From positions 13,039 through 77,038 of the forward strand of contig JBHLKV010000001.1 in the NCBI GenBank assembly GCA_048886305.1: a stretch of 64,000 nucleotides of DNA. Reading direction: 5' to 3'. Of the stretch, positions 9,025 to 19,117 are shown one piece after another. The number at the start of each line of letters is the position of its first letter. The stretch's first letter is position 1. A program made the position numbers and the translations under genes. Source of the stretch: Candidatus Hodarchaeota archaeon. GTDB lineage: Archaea; Asgardarchaeota; Lokiarchaeia; Sigyniarchaeales; SOKP01. The notes under the pieces are model-generated. The model was given only the letters and a program-made list of their open reading frames with translations. It was not told the origin of the DNA and ran no database searches.

Positions 9025-10761
9025 ATGCCACTTACAGATAAAGAAAAAGAAGTATTACAATCCTTAGAAAAGTTAATAGATAAACCAATTCCAGAAGTTT
9101 CAGAATTAGAACGCTATTCCTTTGGATATTATGTAGAAAAGGACCATATAAAGGGTTTAAGTCTTTTTTCATGCGGATTATCAATAATTCCGCAAGAAAT
9201 TGAGCTACTATCTTCACTTAAGGAAATTCATTTAAGAGGAAATAATTTAGCTACTTTACCTGAACAATTAAGTTCGCTTATATCTCTCGAGATATTAGAT
9301 TTAAGTGAAAATAGGTTAACAGAACTACCATCATCTATCATTACTCTTTCTTCATTAAAAGAATTACATTTAGAATCTAACCATTTAGTCAATCTACCTG
9401 AAAATATTGGTGACCTACATGATCTGGAACTTTTGGATCTTAGTGAGAATAAATTAATCTATATACCGGTCTCTTTAGGGTCATTATCAAGTCTAAAAAC
9501 TTTAGATTTAAGTGGTAATGAGATAGATAACCTTCCAGAGTCAATAGGTTTCCTGACTTCTTTAGAAATACTTTATCTTGGCAATAATAAATTAATTACA
9601 ATCCCAGAATCTTTTAGCTCGCTTATTTCACTAAAGCGATTAAATTTGAGAAATAATAAATTAAAGAAACTCCCGGAGACTATAGGTAATTTATCGTCAT
9701 TATCATCTCTTTTCTTAAGAGGAAATTGTTTAGAAAATTTGCCGAAGTCCATTGGGTTATTAAATAATTTAATATATTTAGGAATAGCTTCAAATAAGAT
9801 AACATCACTTCCTGATCCTGAAATTGGTTTACTTTCTTCATTAGAAAATTTGAATTTATCATCTAATAATTTAGAGTTGCTTCCTAATTCAATAGGGAAT
9901 CTTAAAAATTTACTTAGACTTGAAATTTCAGACAATAAGCTAAGATCTCTTCCAGAATCAATTGGAGGATTATCATCGCTTAAAATTTTAAGATGTGATA
10001 GGAATAATTTAACAGAACTCCCTGAATCAATTGGAAACTTAACTTCATTAGAATCTTTAAAAATTGATATCAATAATTTACATGAACTTCCTTCATCTAT
10101 AGGGCAATTAAAGTATTTAAAAGAACTTAATTTATATGATAATAAATTAGAGGGATTACCTGAATATATAGGTTCTTTATCATCACTCGAAATATTAGAT
10201 CTGAGTAAAAATGAGTTAAAAAGCCTTCCCTCATCAATTAGTTCTTTAAATAGCTTATTAGAGTTAGATTTATCAACCAATAAATTAGAAAATCTTGTTT
10301 CTTCAATAGGATCTTTATCCCAACTAAAAAATCTTATTTTAGGATTTAATCGTTTAAAAGAAATTCCGAAAACAATTGGATTCCTCACTTCATTGGAAGT
10401 TCTAGATTTAGGGAAAAACCATTTAAAATCAATTCCAGAATCAATTGGATCATTAACTTCACTTAAACACTTATATTTATATTTTAACGAGTTGGAAACT
10501 GTACCAGATTCTATTGGGTCATTGCAGTCTCTAAAATACTTATATTTAGGTAATAACAATCTAAATGCACTTCCTGAATCTATAGGGTTCTTAAAAAATT
10601 TGAAATATTTATTTGTGAGGGCAAATAATTTGACTACATTACCAAATTCATTGGATTCCTTAACATCACTTAAATATTTAAACATAGAAAAAAATAGCTT
10701 AAAAAGTTATTTAGATTTGTTAGATAAATTAGAATTACGTGGTATCAAGATTTTTAAATGA
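9025..10761 (+). CDS. leucine-rich-repeat protein (23 consecutive 23-residue LRRs, no other domain)
   Basis: From residue ~43 to ~571 I count 23 units of consensus LxxLxxLxLxxNxLxxLPxSIGxLxS. Only a ~40-aa N-terminal leader and a short C-terminal cap lie outside the repeats. Confidence 0.9.
   Translation: MPLTDKEKEVLQSLEKLIDKPIPEVSELERYSFGYYVEKDHIKGLSLFSCGLSIIPQEIELLSSLKEIHLRGNNLATLPEQLSSLISLEILDLSENRLTELPSSIITLSSLKELHLESNHLVNLPENIGDLHDLELLDLSENKLIYIPVSLGSLSSLKTLDLSGNEIDNLPESIGFLTSLEILYLGNNKLITIPESFSSLISLKRLNLRNNKLKKLPETIGNLSSLSSLFLRGNCLENLPKSIGLLNNLIYLGIASNKITSLPDPEIGLLSSLENLNLSSNNLELLPNSIGNLKNLLRLEISDNKLRSLPESIGGLSSLKILRCDRNNLTELPESIGNLTSLESLKIDINNLHELPSSIGQLKYLKELNLYDNKLEGLPEYIGSLSSLEILDLSKNELKSLPSSISSLNSLLELDLSTNKLENLVSSIGSLSQLKNLILGFNRLKEIPKTIGFLTSLEVLDLGKNHLKSIPESIGSLTSLKHLYLYFNELETVPDSIGSLQSLKYLYLGNNNLNALPESIGFLKNLKYLFVRANNLTTLPNSLDSLTSLKYLNIEKNSLKSYLDLLDKLELRGIKIFK
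9151..10738 (+). repeat. tandem 69-nt coding repeats (LRR units) inside the LRR gene
   Basis: The 23-codon periodicity is visible in the protein. The DNA copies have diverged (no long identical stretches), so this is protein-level repetition rather than recent duplication. Confidence 0.8.
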
Positions 10762-10900
10762 CATAACTGGTAAAAACAAGAACTAATTTTACAAAAATTT
10801 GTTTATAATGTTAAAAGGTAAAATAGCCATCTTATTGATTTCTACTCCTTTAACCATTTAGAGTTTTAGAACTCTAAAAATCATATAATTTAAATATTAA

Positions 10901-12940
10901 ATGAAGTTAGTTAAAAATATGGATATTTCAAAAGCCATGAAAATTAAATTGCCTAAGGAGCTCCCACCATATCCCAAATTCGTTGAGGGAATAAGACGTG
11001 CACCTTCAAGAGGTTATGCACTTAATCAAACCCAAACAAAACTAGCTTTAAAGAATGCTCTCAGATATATCCATCCATCCTTACATGAAAAGATTGCTTC
11101 AGAATTTCTGGAAGAATTGATTACACGAGGAAGAATATATGGTTACAGATTCAGACCCGAAGGAAATATAAAAGCAAAACCTATAGATGAATATAGGGCC
11201 AATATTCTTGAAGGGAAAGCTTTACAAGTTATGATAGATAATAATCTCGATTTTGATGTGGCTCTTTACCCTTATGAGTTAGTTACTTATGGGGAAAGTG
11301 GGCAAGTTTTTCAAAATTGGATGCAATACCGTCTTGTAAAAATGTATCTTGAACATATCACGGATAAACAAACTTTAATTATTTCATCTGGACATCCAGT
11401 TGGACTTTTTCCAACTTCACCCTTAGCTCCTAGAGTAATTTCCACTAATGGATTAATGGTTGGTTTATTCGACAACCCAAATGATTTTGCGATAGCAGCT
11501 GCTCTAGGTGTAGCAAATTATGGTCAGATGACGGCAGGAGGATGGATGTATATTGGTCCACAAGGAATAGTCCATGGTACATATATTACATTATTGAACG
11601 CTGGTAGGTTATATCTTAATATTCCTCAAGATAAAGATTTAAGGGGTATTTTATATGTAACATCTGGTCTTGGTGGTATGAGTGGTGCCCAAGCTAAAGC
11701 AATAGAAATTGCTGGGGGGATAGGTGTTATTGCTGAAGTTGATGAATCAAGGATTAAAACAAGGTATGAGCAAGGATGGGTTTCAAAGATATCTGATAAT
11801 TTAGATGAAATTTTTACTTGGGTTGAGGATGCTAGAAATTCTGGTAGAGCACTGTCTATTGCATATAATGGGAATGTTGTTAATTTATGGAAATATATAG
11901 TAGACAATAATATTCAAGTAGAACTTGCTTCAGATCAAACATCTTGCCATGCTGTCTATGAGGGAGGTTATACTCCATATCAAATAAGCTTTAAAGAAGG
12001 AAGGATCCTAATTAAATCAGATATTGATAGATTTAAGCAATTAGTAGATGATTCCTTAAGGGAGCAGTTTAAACACATTAAAACTATGACAGAAAGGGGT
12101 ACTCACTTTTGGGATTATGGTAATTCTTTTATGAAAGCTGTGTTTGATGCTGGCGTAAAAGAAATCGCAAAAAATGAAGATGATATTTCTGAAGGATTTG
12201 TTTTTCCATCATATGTTGAAGATATTATGGGTCCTATATGTTTTGATTTTGGATATGGTCCTTTTCGATGGGTGTGCCTTTCAGGAAAAGATGAAGATTT
12301 AGATAAAACTGATCAAACCGCAATGAGCTGTATAAATCCTGAATTGCGAGCTCAAGATAGAGATAATTATGCTTGGATTCGAGATGCTAAAAAAAATCAG
12401 CTTGTTGTTGGATCAAAAGCAAGAATATTGTATGCTGATGCTAAAGAGCGAATTGCTATTGCTCTAAAATTTAATGATTTAGTAAAGAAAGGGGAAATTG
12501 GACCAATAATGTTAGGTAGAGATCATCATGATGTGTCAGGAACTGATTCACCTTTTAGAGAAACTTCCAATATTAAAGATGGTAGTAATGTAATGGCAGA
12601 AATGGCAATCCATTCATTTGCAGGTAATGCAATTAGGGGTATGACATATGTTGTACTCTCTAATGGTGGAGGAGTTGGAATTGGGAAGTGTTTCAATGGG
12701 GGGTTTGGTCTAGTATTAGATGGCTCTGAAAGAATAGAAAATATAATTAAAAATGCTATGGAATGGGATGTAATAGGGGGAATAGCTCGAAGAAGTTGGG
12801 CTAGGAATCCAAATGCTTTTGAAACAGCTTATAATTGGAATATTGAAAATGAAGAAAAAGGGCATATAACATTACCATTTATAGCAGAAGATAAGTTTTT
12901 AGATAATATTGTAGATAATTATTTGAAAAAGATTGAATAA
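10901..12940 (+). CDS. hutU: urocanate hydratase (urocanase), long ~680-aa form
   Basis: Collinear by eye with human UROC1 (from memory), including the N-terminal LALKNALRYIHP..EF.EEL...GRIYGYRFRP, YGQMTAGGWMYIGPQGIVHGT, SGLGGMSGAQAKA, GRDHHDVSGTDSPFRETSNI and GGGVGIG. The internal ATG at 10919 is an alternative start. Confidence 0.95.
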   Translation: MKLVKNMDISKAMKIKLPKELPPYPKFVEGIRRAPSRGYALNQTQTKLALKNALRYIHPSLHEKIASEFLEELITRGRIYGYRFRPEGNIKAKPIDEYRANILEGKALQVMIDNNLDFDVALYPYELVTYGESGQVFQNWMQYRLVKMYLEHITDKQTLIISSGHPVGLFPTSPLAPRVISTNGLMVGLFDNPNDFAIAAALGVANYGQMTAGGWMYIGPQGIVHGTYITLLNAGRLYLNIPQDKDLRGILYVTSGLGGMSGAQAKAIEIAGGIGVIAEVDESRIKTRYEQGWVSKISDNLDEIFTWVEDARNSGRALSIAYNGNVVNLWKYIVDNNIQVELASDQTSCHAVYEGGYTPYQISFKEGRILIKSDIDRFKQLVDDSLREQFKHIKTMTERGTHFWDYGNSFMKAVFDAGVKEIAKNEDDISEGFVFPSYVEDIMGPICFDFGYGPFRWVCLSGKDEDLDKTDQTAMSCINPELRAQDRDNYAWIRDAKKNQLVVGSKARILYADAKERIAIALKFNDLVKKGEIGPIMLGRDHHDVSGTDSPFRETSNIKDGSNVMAEMAIHSFAGNAIRGMTYVVLSNGGGVGIGKCFNGGFGLVLDGSERIENIIKNAMEWDVIGGIARRSWARNPNAFETAYNWNIENEEKGHITLPFIAEDKFLDNIVDNYLKKIE

Positions 12941-12966
12941 TATAAAATTTAGAGGAATGATTCAAT

Positions 12967-14493
12967 ATGAATAATAATTTTAGATATGGTTTAGATAAAT
13001 TAACAATTGATATAGCTTTAGACTTAGCTAGAGATAACATAAAAGGGATAATAGTAGATGATATAAAAACTAAAATTCTAAAAAGTTTTAATACTGTTCA
13101 GTCTATTTCAAAAGGAGACAAGTTAGTTTATGGGATAAATACTGGAATTGGGTCATTGTGCACCACTAAAATTTCAACTGAAGAAACTGGAAAATTACAG
13201 GAAAATCTTCTCAAAAGTCATAGTGTAGGTGTAGGTTCACCAATTGATCAAGAAATAGCCAAGTTAATGCTTATTCTTAAAGTTCATACATTATGTAAAG
13301 GATATTCTGGAGTATCATTAGATGTGATTGAAAGGATTTGTTGGCATATTGAGAATAATTATATCCCTCTTGTGCCTGAACAAGGTTCAGTAGGCGCCTC
13401 TGGAGACCTTGCTCCCCTCGCACATTTATTTTTACCTTTAATTGGATTAGGATATGTTTCTAAAGACGGTAAAAATTATATATCTATGAAAGAAGTTTTG
13501 ATTAAGAACAACATAAAACCGCTTAAATTGCATGCAAAAGAAGGTATTGCATTAATTAATGGTACACAATTTATAACTGCTCATGCAATCAAGGTTTCTG
13601 AAAAACTTTTTAATTGTTTAGAGCATGCTGATCTAATTGGTGCTTTAACTTTAGAAGCTTATTTAGGTTCACCACAACCTTTTGATAAAAGATTAATTAT
13701 GTTAAGACCTCATAAAGGAGCTACAATTGTAGCCGATAGATTTAGGAAATTTTTAAAAAACTCTCAATATGTCGAATCTCATAAAGATTGTGGACGTGTT
13801 CAAGATCCATATTCAATTCGGTGCATACCACAAGTTCATGGTGCTTCTAGAGATGCGTTATCTCATCTAAATGAGAAATTGTCATGTGAATTAAATTCTG
13901 TTACCGATAATCCCATAATTTTTAGCGAAAATGATACTGTGAGTGGAGGAAATTTTCATGGTCAACCATTAGCTTTACCTTTAGATTATATAAGCTTAGC
14001 TGCCTCTGAGTTAGGAAATATTTCTGATCGCAGGACATATCTCCTATTAGAAGGAAAATGGGGTTTACCAGAATATCTTATTGAAAGTTCTGGACTAAAC
14101 TCAGGTTTTATGCTTGCTCAGTATTGTTCAGCGGCTCTTGTAAGTGAAAATAAATCATTTTGTTTCCCAGCTAGTGCAGATAGTATACCCACATCTATGG
14201 GTCAAGAAGATCACGTAAGTATGGGTCCAATTAGTGCCAGAAAAGCCCTTCAAATTATTGAAAATCTTGAAAAAATCCTTTCTATTGAATTGATATGTGC
14301 TGCTCAAGCTTTTGATTTTAGAAGACCATTAAAATCGAGTCGAGTGTTAGAGGTTTGTCATAAATTTATACGTTCAAAAATACAACATTTAACTGAAGAT
14401 ATGGTTTTATCTAAATTTATTGAATCAGCTCACGCAATAATTAAAAGTAAGGAATTAATAAAAATAATCCAAAGTCAAATAAAGGAGATTTGA
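12967..14493 (+). CDS. hutH: histidine ammonia-lyase
   Basis: 508 aa. The MIO-forming triad context GSVGASGDLAPLAHL is present, along with QDPYSIRC and NFHGQP. Confidence 0.95.
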   Translation: MNNNFRYGLDKLTIDIALDLARDNIKGIIVDDIKTKILKSFNTVQSISKGDKLVYGINTGIGSLCTTKISTEETGKLQENLLKSHSVGVGSPIDQEIAKLMLILKVHTLCKGYSGVSLDVIERICWHIENNYIPLVPEQGSVGASGDLAPLAHLFLPLIGLGYVSKDGKNYISMKEVLIKNNIKPLKLHAKEGIALINGTQFITAHAIKVSEKLFNCLEHADLIGALTLEAYLGSPQPFDKRLIMLRPHKGATIVADRFRKFLKNSQYVESHKDCGRVQDPYSIRCIPQVHGASRDALSHLNEKLSCELNSVTDNPIIFSENDTVSGGNFHGQPLALPLDYISLAASELGNISDRRTYLLLEGKWGLPEYLIESSGLNSGFMLAQYCSAALVSENKSFCFPASADSIPTSMGQEDHVSMGPISARKALQIIENLEKILSIELICAAQAFDFRRPLKSSRVLEVCHKFIRSKIQHLTEDMVLSKFIESAHAIIKSKELIKIIQSQIKEI

Positions 14494-14494
14494 T

Positions 14495-15802
14495 TTGTTT
14501 GTATCATCAACTTATAAAAAAAAATTAATCAAACAAGAAGATAATCCAGATCTGGTGATATTTAATGCTAACGAACTTATTACAATGAATACTAAATATG
14601 GTGCTCCAAGAATTGGTAAAAATATGTCTGAGTTATCAATCATTGATAATGGGGCAATAGGAATAAAAGATGACAGAATTATGTATGTGGGTTCTACTGA
14701 TGAATTAATATCTAAATTTTCTCTTAATGAAGTTAAAATAACAATTGATGCTACAAATAAATTAGTTACACCTGGATTTGTAGATCCTCATACACATTTG
14801 ATTTTTGATGGTTCAAGAGAAAATGAATTACAAATGAAACTTGAAGGAAAGTCTTACCTTGAAATACTCCAATCGGGAGGTGGCATATTAAGAACTGTTC
14901 GCGAAACTAGAAAAGCTTCTTTAGAAAAACTTGTAGAAAATGGTAAAAAAATATTAGATAAGATGATGAATTACGGCACAACGACAGTTGAAGCTAAGTC
15001 TGGTTATGGTTTGAATACTGAAAGTGAATTAAAGATATTAAAAGCATTAAAGATATTAAATGAAGAGCATCCTTTAGATATTATATCAACGTTTTTAGGT
15101 GCTCATGCAATCCCCTTAGAATATAAAGATAAACCTGAAGATTATGTTGAGTTAATCATTTCAGATATGATACCTAAAATAGTTAAAGAAGGTCTTGCTG
15201 AATTTTGTGATGTTTTTTGTGAAAAGGGAATCTTTTCAATTGAACAATCAAGAAAAATTTTAAAAACTGCATTGAGATATGGCTTAAAACCTCAAATTCA
15301 TATTGATGAAATTGTTGACACTAATGGTGCCTTACTTGCCGCAGAATTAAGAGCAATTCAAACAGGTCATTTGTTAAAATCAAATGATAGAGGATTAAAA
15401 GCAATGGCAGAAGCAGGAGTTATTGCTACACTTTTGCCAGGAACTCCTTTTTGTTTAATGTTAAAAGAATATGCGCCAGCAAGAAAAATGATTGATTTTG
15501 AGATACCTATAGCTCTTGCGACTGATCTTAACCCAAATTGCTGGACTGAATCAATGCAAATGATTATAACATTAGCCTGTTATAATATGAAACTATCCCC
15601 TGCAGAAGCTCTGACAGCAGCTACAATTAATAGTGCTTGTGCAATTGATAGACAAGATGAAATAGGAAGTCTTGAAGTTGGGAAAAAAGCCGATATAGTA
15701 ATTTTTGATGTTCCAAATTATAATTTTTTACCCTATCAATTTGGGGTAAATTTAGTATCTAAAGTAATTAAAAATGGCAAAATTTTAATTAATAATGATT
15801 AA
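14495..15802 (+). CDS. hutI: imidazolonepropionase
   Basis: Amidohydrolase metal motif PGFVDPHTHL, then GGGI, KSGYGL and ATDLNP. The TTG start at 14495 is preceded by AAAGGAG 8 nt upstream and follows the hutH stop by 1 nt. Confidence 0.9.
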   Translation: MFVSSTYKKKLIKQEDNPDLVIFNANELITMNTKYGAPRIGKNMSELSIIDNGAIGIKDDRIMYVGSTDELISKFSLNEVKITIDATNKLVTPGFVDPHTHLIFDGSRENELQMKLEGKSYLEILQSGGGILRTVRETRKASLEKLVENGKKILDKMMNYGTTTVEAKSGYGLNTESELKILKALKILNEEHPLDIISTFLGAHAIPLEYKDKPEDYVELIISDMIPKIVKEGLAEFCDVFCEKGIFSIEQSRKILKTALRYGLKPQIHIDEIVDTNGALLAAELRAIQTGHLLKSNDRGLKAMAEAGVIATLLPGTPFCLMLKEYAPARKMIDFEIPIALATDLNPNCWTESMQMIITLACYNMKLSPAEALTAATINSACAIDRQDEIGSLEVGKKADIVIFDVPNYNFLPYQFGVNLVSKVIKNGKILINND

Positions 15803-15808
15803 CTACGT

Positions 15809-16726
15809 TTAAAAATCAAAATAATGCTCTAATAGATGTTTTTCTTCTAACTTTTCTGGTTTTTCTAATTGTAGGTAATATTCTAAAGAGTTTAGTACAG
15901 CATCTAATGGTAAGACACCAATTAATTCAGATCCTATTATAGGAACTCCATATCTAGCAGCTTCGATTCTTACAAGTTCAATTTGTCTATAAAGTGGTGT
16001 TTTTCTATAATTAATATTACTAATACCTATTTGTACATAATCTTTTTCTGCTAATTCAGTACCCATTGCTTTAATATTAACTAGTCCGCCTGAACGTAAA
16101 TGAATTGCTTTTGCCACTTTTTTAGCAACTTTAATATCATTTGTTCCAAGATTAATATTAAAGCTAATCAATGGATATCTAGCACCTGTTATTAATGCTC
16201 CAGCTGTTGGATGTAATTCAGAAGGACCAAAATCAGGTTTACGATCTGGATTAACTTTAATCGCTTCTTTTAATCCTTCATATTCACCAATTCGAATATT
16301 ATCGATGTTTTTTCTTTCCATTTTACGAGCTGATTCTTCATAAAGATACACTGGGAGGCCTTCTTTTGCCATAGCTTCACCAAATTTTATTGAGAGCTCA
16401 ATACATTCTTCAATTGACACATTTTGGGCAGGAACAAAAGGTACAACATCAATAGCTCCAATTCGAGGATGTTGTCCTTTATGGGTGTTCATATCAATTA
16501 GAGTAATAGCTTTTTTTGCAGCAGCAATATTTGCTTCTAGAACAGCTTCTGGTGTTCCAACAAAGGTAATGACGGCTCTATTGTAATCAGAATCATATTG
16601 AATATCCACAATTCGAGTGTTCTGTGTATTTTTAATTTCGGAAACAATTTGCTCGATTTTTTTTCCATCTGTCCCTTCACTATAATTAGGAACAGATTCC
16701 ACAATTTTCTTTTTGCTTTTTTCCAT
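15809..16726 (-). CDS. ftcD: glutamate formimidoyltransferase (FTCD formiminotransferase domain only)
   Basis: 305 aa. The N-terminal VPNYSEG corresponds to the family ECVPNFSEGR motif. The two-subdomain FT_N/FT_C length fits. It is convergent with hutI, with a 6-nt gap. Confidence 0.9.
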   Translation of the reverse strand: MEKSKKKIVESVPNYSEGTDGKKIEQIVSEIKNTQNTRIVDIQYDSDYNRAVITFVGTPEAVLEANIAAAKKAITLIDMNTHKGQHPRIGAIDVVPFVPAQNVSIEECIELSIKFGEAMAKEGLPVYLYEESARKMERKNIDNIRIGEYEGLKEAIKVNPDRKPDFGPSELHPTAGALITGARYPLISFNINLGTNDIKVAKKVAKAIHLRSGGLVNIKAMGTELAEKDYVQIGISNINYRKTPLYRQIELVRIEAARYGVPIIGSELIGVLPLDAVLNSLEYYLQLEKPEKLEEKHLLEHYFDF

Positions 16727-16922
16727 AAAAAATTACCTTAATTACTATGTTCTAATTTGAATGAAAAATGTGTAAATATAATTATATATTTATGAAAGTG
16801 CCAAATTAAACTTTTTTTTAAAATTTTATTGTAACTTATATATTTTATGTCCCTCTTTGGCTTATCTTGTGTTCTTTTTTTAAAAAACTTTAAGAAAAAG
16901 TAATAATTTTGATTTTTAATTT

Positions 16923-17990
16923 ATGTCTGAAGTAGAACCTAATAAAGTAATATTGTTTTTAAAAAAGAGAAAGCGTATCCTTATCGGTATAATCACAATA
17001 TTATTAGTAATTTTAATGCTTTTTATTGTAGATTTTCCCAAAATTATATTAAAGATTAGGTTAATTGGCTTTTGGGGTACAATTTTATTTGTTTTAGCTT
17101 ATTCATTAGCTTTCCTATTTAGATCTTTAAAATTGAAGTTAACATTTAAAGGAATTGATAAGAACATTAATTTTAGCACATCATATTTTTCTACTGGTGC
17201 GAGTTTTGTAATAAATGACTTTACTCCTGGTAAATTGGGTGATGTAGTAAAAATTTTTATTATTAAAGATCAAGAAAAACTACTATTAAGTGAATCTGTT
17301 GCTGGAATTGCTATAGAGAGAATATTAGATTTAATTTTTTTATTTATTATCAGTTGTGGGTCTTTAATTTATCTTTATATAAGTAGTATTGAAGGAACAG
17401 AAAATGTAGAAGTTTTAGGTCAAGATATTCAATTTTATTTAATATTAGGAGCGATATTAATAATTGGATTTGTTATTATCCTAATTCTTGTACTATATAA
17501 GACTGAAAGTATATTAAAAATAATTAAAAAAATATCAGCTAGAATGGCAAACTATATTGAAAGGTTCTTAGGTAATTTTAAAAGAGGAATGAAGAATTTC
17601 AAAGATCATAAAAAAGAATTCTTATACGTGGTTCTGTTAGGATTCCCAACTTGGATTATTGATGCTCTCATAATTTCAATATTTTTCTATATATTAGGAT
17701 ATCACCTGAATATACTCTTATTGGTTCTAGCTATGATATTATTGTTTTTTAGTAAGACCTTTCCTATAACGCCTGGAGGTTGGGGAATTTCTGAAAATAT
17801 TGGAGCATTATTTATTTTCATTTTTTATCCATCTTATCCACCATATGCTGGTGATATATGGTATACTGAAATCTTATCGATATTTATTATTGAACATTTA
17901 TTTAGAAGTGCATATCTCTTTTTTTATGGTGGTTTTTCTATACTTCATTATAATGTTAAAATAAAAAACCTTGATTTAATTACAACATAA
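16923..17990 (+). CDS. flippase-like / lysyl-phosphatidylglycerol-synthase-TM-region family (UPF0104) integral membrane protein
   Basis: 355 aa with about 8 hydrophobic helices and a basic N-terminus. The layout is typical of UPF0104 proteins that accompany GT2 genes. The family call is tentative. Confidence 0.55.
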   Translation: MSEVEPNKVILFLKKRKRILIGIITILLVILMLFIVDFPKIILKIRLIGFWGTILFVLAYSLAFLFRSLKLKLTFKGIDKNINFSTSYFSTGASFVINDFTPGKLGDVVKIFIIKDQEKLLLSESVAGIAIERILDLIFLFIISCGSLIYLYISSIEGTENVEVLGQDIQFYLILGAILIIGFVIILILVLYKTESILKIIKKISARMANYIERFLGNFKRGMKNFKDHKKEFLYVVLLGFPTWIIDALIISIFFYILGYHLNILLLVLAMILLFFSKTFPITPGGWGISENIGALFIFIFYPSYPPYAGDIWYTEILSIFIIEHLFRSAYLFFYGGFSILHYNVKIKNLDLITT

Positions 17991-18039
17991 ATTTATTCAT
18001 TAATCAAATTTGGAAAAAATATCATTATGAGTTATAGAT

Positions 18040-19095
18040 ATGGAAGAAATAGAGAATAAAATAGAGACTAAGTTAGAAAAAAACGTCTTAGAAAAAATAT
18101 TAGATCATAAAGCATTGATCTTTATCATTGCTGGTATCCTAGCTCGAATTTTAATGTTATTTTATTATTATTACTCTCATATAAAATTCCCTAGCCGCAC
18201 TTGGGGAGATGTAGAACTTAACTTTAACCAAAGTATTTACTACCCCCCTCTGGGTACAGCAATGTTAGATCTGTTTAGATTTATATCATTTGGATTTATT
18301 GAAGTTTTTGCTTTTTGGGCTTTTCTCTGGGATTTGGGAACAACATTGATGTTTTATTTTGTATTAAAAAATTTTCATATAAAAAATATCTTTTATGCAT
18401 TTGGATTGTTTTTGGTTAATCCTTTTTATTTCTTACATAATTCATTTAGTTTAGAAAATTGTGGATATCATATCACCGATGCTTTCTTTTTCTTTTTCCT
18501 ATTCATGGCATTGATCTTTTATCCAAGAAAAGAAAATTATGCAAGATATCTATTCTATATATTTTTAGGTATTTCAATGTGTGTAAAATATTATACATTA
18601 CCTGCATTAGGATTTTTCTTTTTAAAATATCTCTTTGAAAAGGATTGGAAGGAGTTAAAGCGTTTTATGTTATGTCTTGTGCCAATTTTGACAGTCTTTT
18701 TAATTGTACCAATATTGTTTATAGAACCATATTTAAGTGATTTACTAGAATGGTATTCAATAGGAGGGGGAACTCCATTATACCTGAGAATAATCCCTAT
18801 TGGATTAATAGCACTACTTTTTATAATTTTTAGGTTGAGAAAATCAGATGGTTTTGAAATTGTCATTATTTCGATTATTGCAATGGCCTCATTTATGGTT
18901 TTTAGTTATCGTTATTTAAGATGGTTTCAATCAATTATCTTTTATGGGATTTTAGTAGAAAGAGATTTCTTCAAATTTGATTTAAACCTTGGGATTGTTA
19001 AAAGAACAATAAATGTAAATAATCACATTTTAACATTTTATTTGTCTTTTATTGGAGTATTTCTGTCTTACTTATTTATCTTGTATGTCATTTAG
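18040..19095 (+). CDS. polytopic membrane protein, GT-C-type glycosyltransferase-like (tentative)
   Basis: 351 aa with more than 9 aromatic-rich predicted TM helices, located between a flippase-like gene and a GT2 gene. There is no soluble domain. Confidence 0.45.
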   Translation: MEEIENKIETKLEKNVLEKILDHKALIFIIAGILARILMLFYYYYSHIKFPSRTWGDVELNFNQSIYYPPLGTAMLDLFRFISFGFIEVFAFWAFLWDLGTTLMFYFVLKNFHIKNIFYAFGLFLVNPFYFLHNSFSLENCGYHITDAFFFFFLFMALIFYPRKENYARYLFYIFLGISMCVKYYTLPALGFFFLKYLFEKDWKELKRFMLCLVPILTVFLIVPILFIEPYLSDLLEWYSIGGGTPLYLRIIPIGLIALLFIIFRLRKSDGFEIVIISIIAMASFMVFSYRYLRWFQSIIFYGILVERDFFKFDLNLGIVKRTINVNNHILTFYLSFIGVFLSYLFILYVI

Positions 19096-19117
19096 AGTTA
19101 CGTATAGTGAAATCTAT

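Noticed and set aside
9573-10685. A 370-aa ORF on the minus strand, antisense to the LRR gene.
   Set aside because: It is itself periodic (..PIDSG.. every 23 residues) and mirrors the sense-strand LRR codon periodicity. It has no independent motifs or start context, so it is a shadow ORF produced by the repeat.
9151-10738. Regular ~69-nt periodicity that could superficially resemble a repeat/spacer array.
   Set aside because: The repeats are in-frame coding units of one long ORF and are not identical at the DNA level, with no conserved direct repeat separated by unique spacers. No CRISPR array or cas gene is seen anywhere in the window.
10857-10878. An inverted repeat TTTAGAGTT-ttag-AACTCTAAA, 22 bp upstream of the hutU ATG, as a possible hut operator.
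   Set aside because: With a per-base complement match of ~0.29 in this AT-rich DNA, several 9-bp-arm hairpins with small loops are expected by chance in 64 kb. No second copy and no nearby regulator gene were found. It is kept only as a note.
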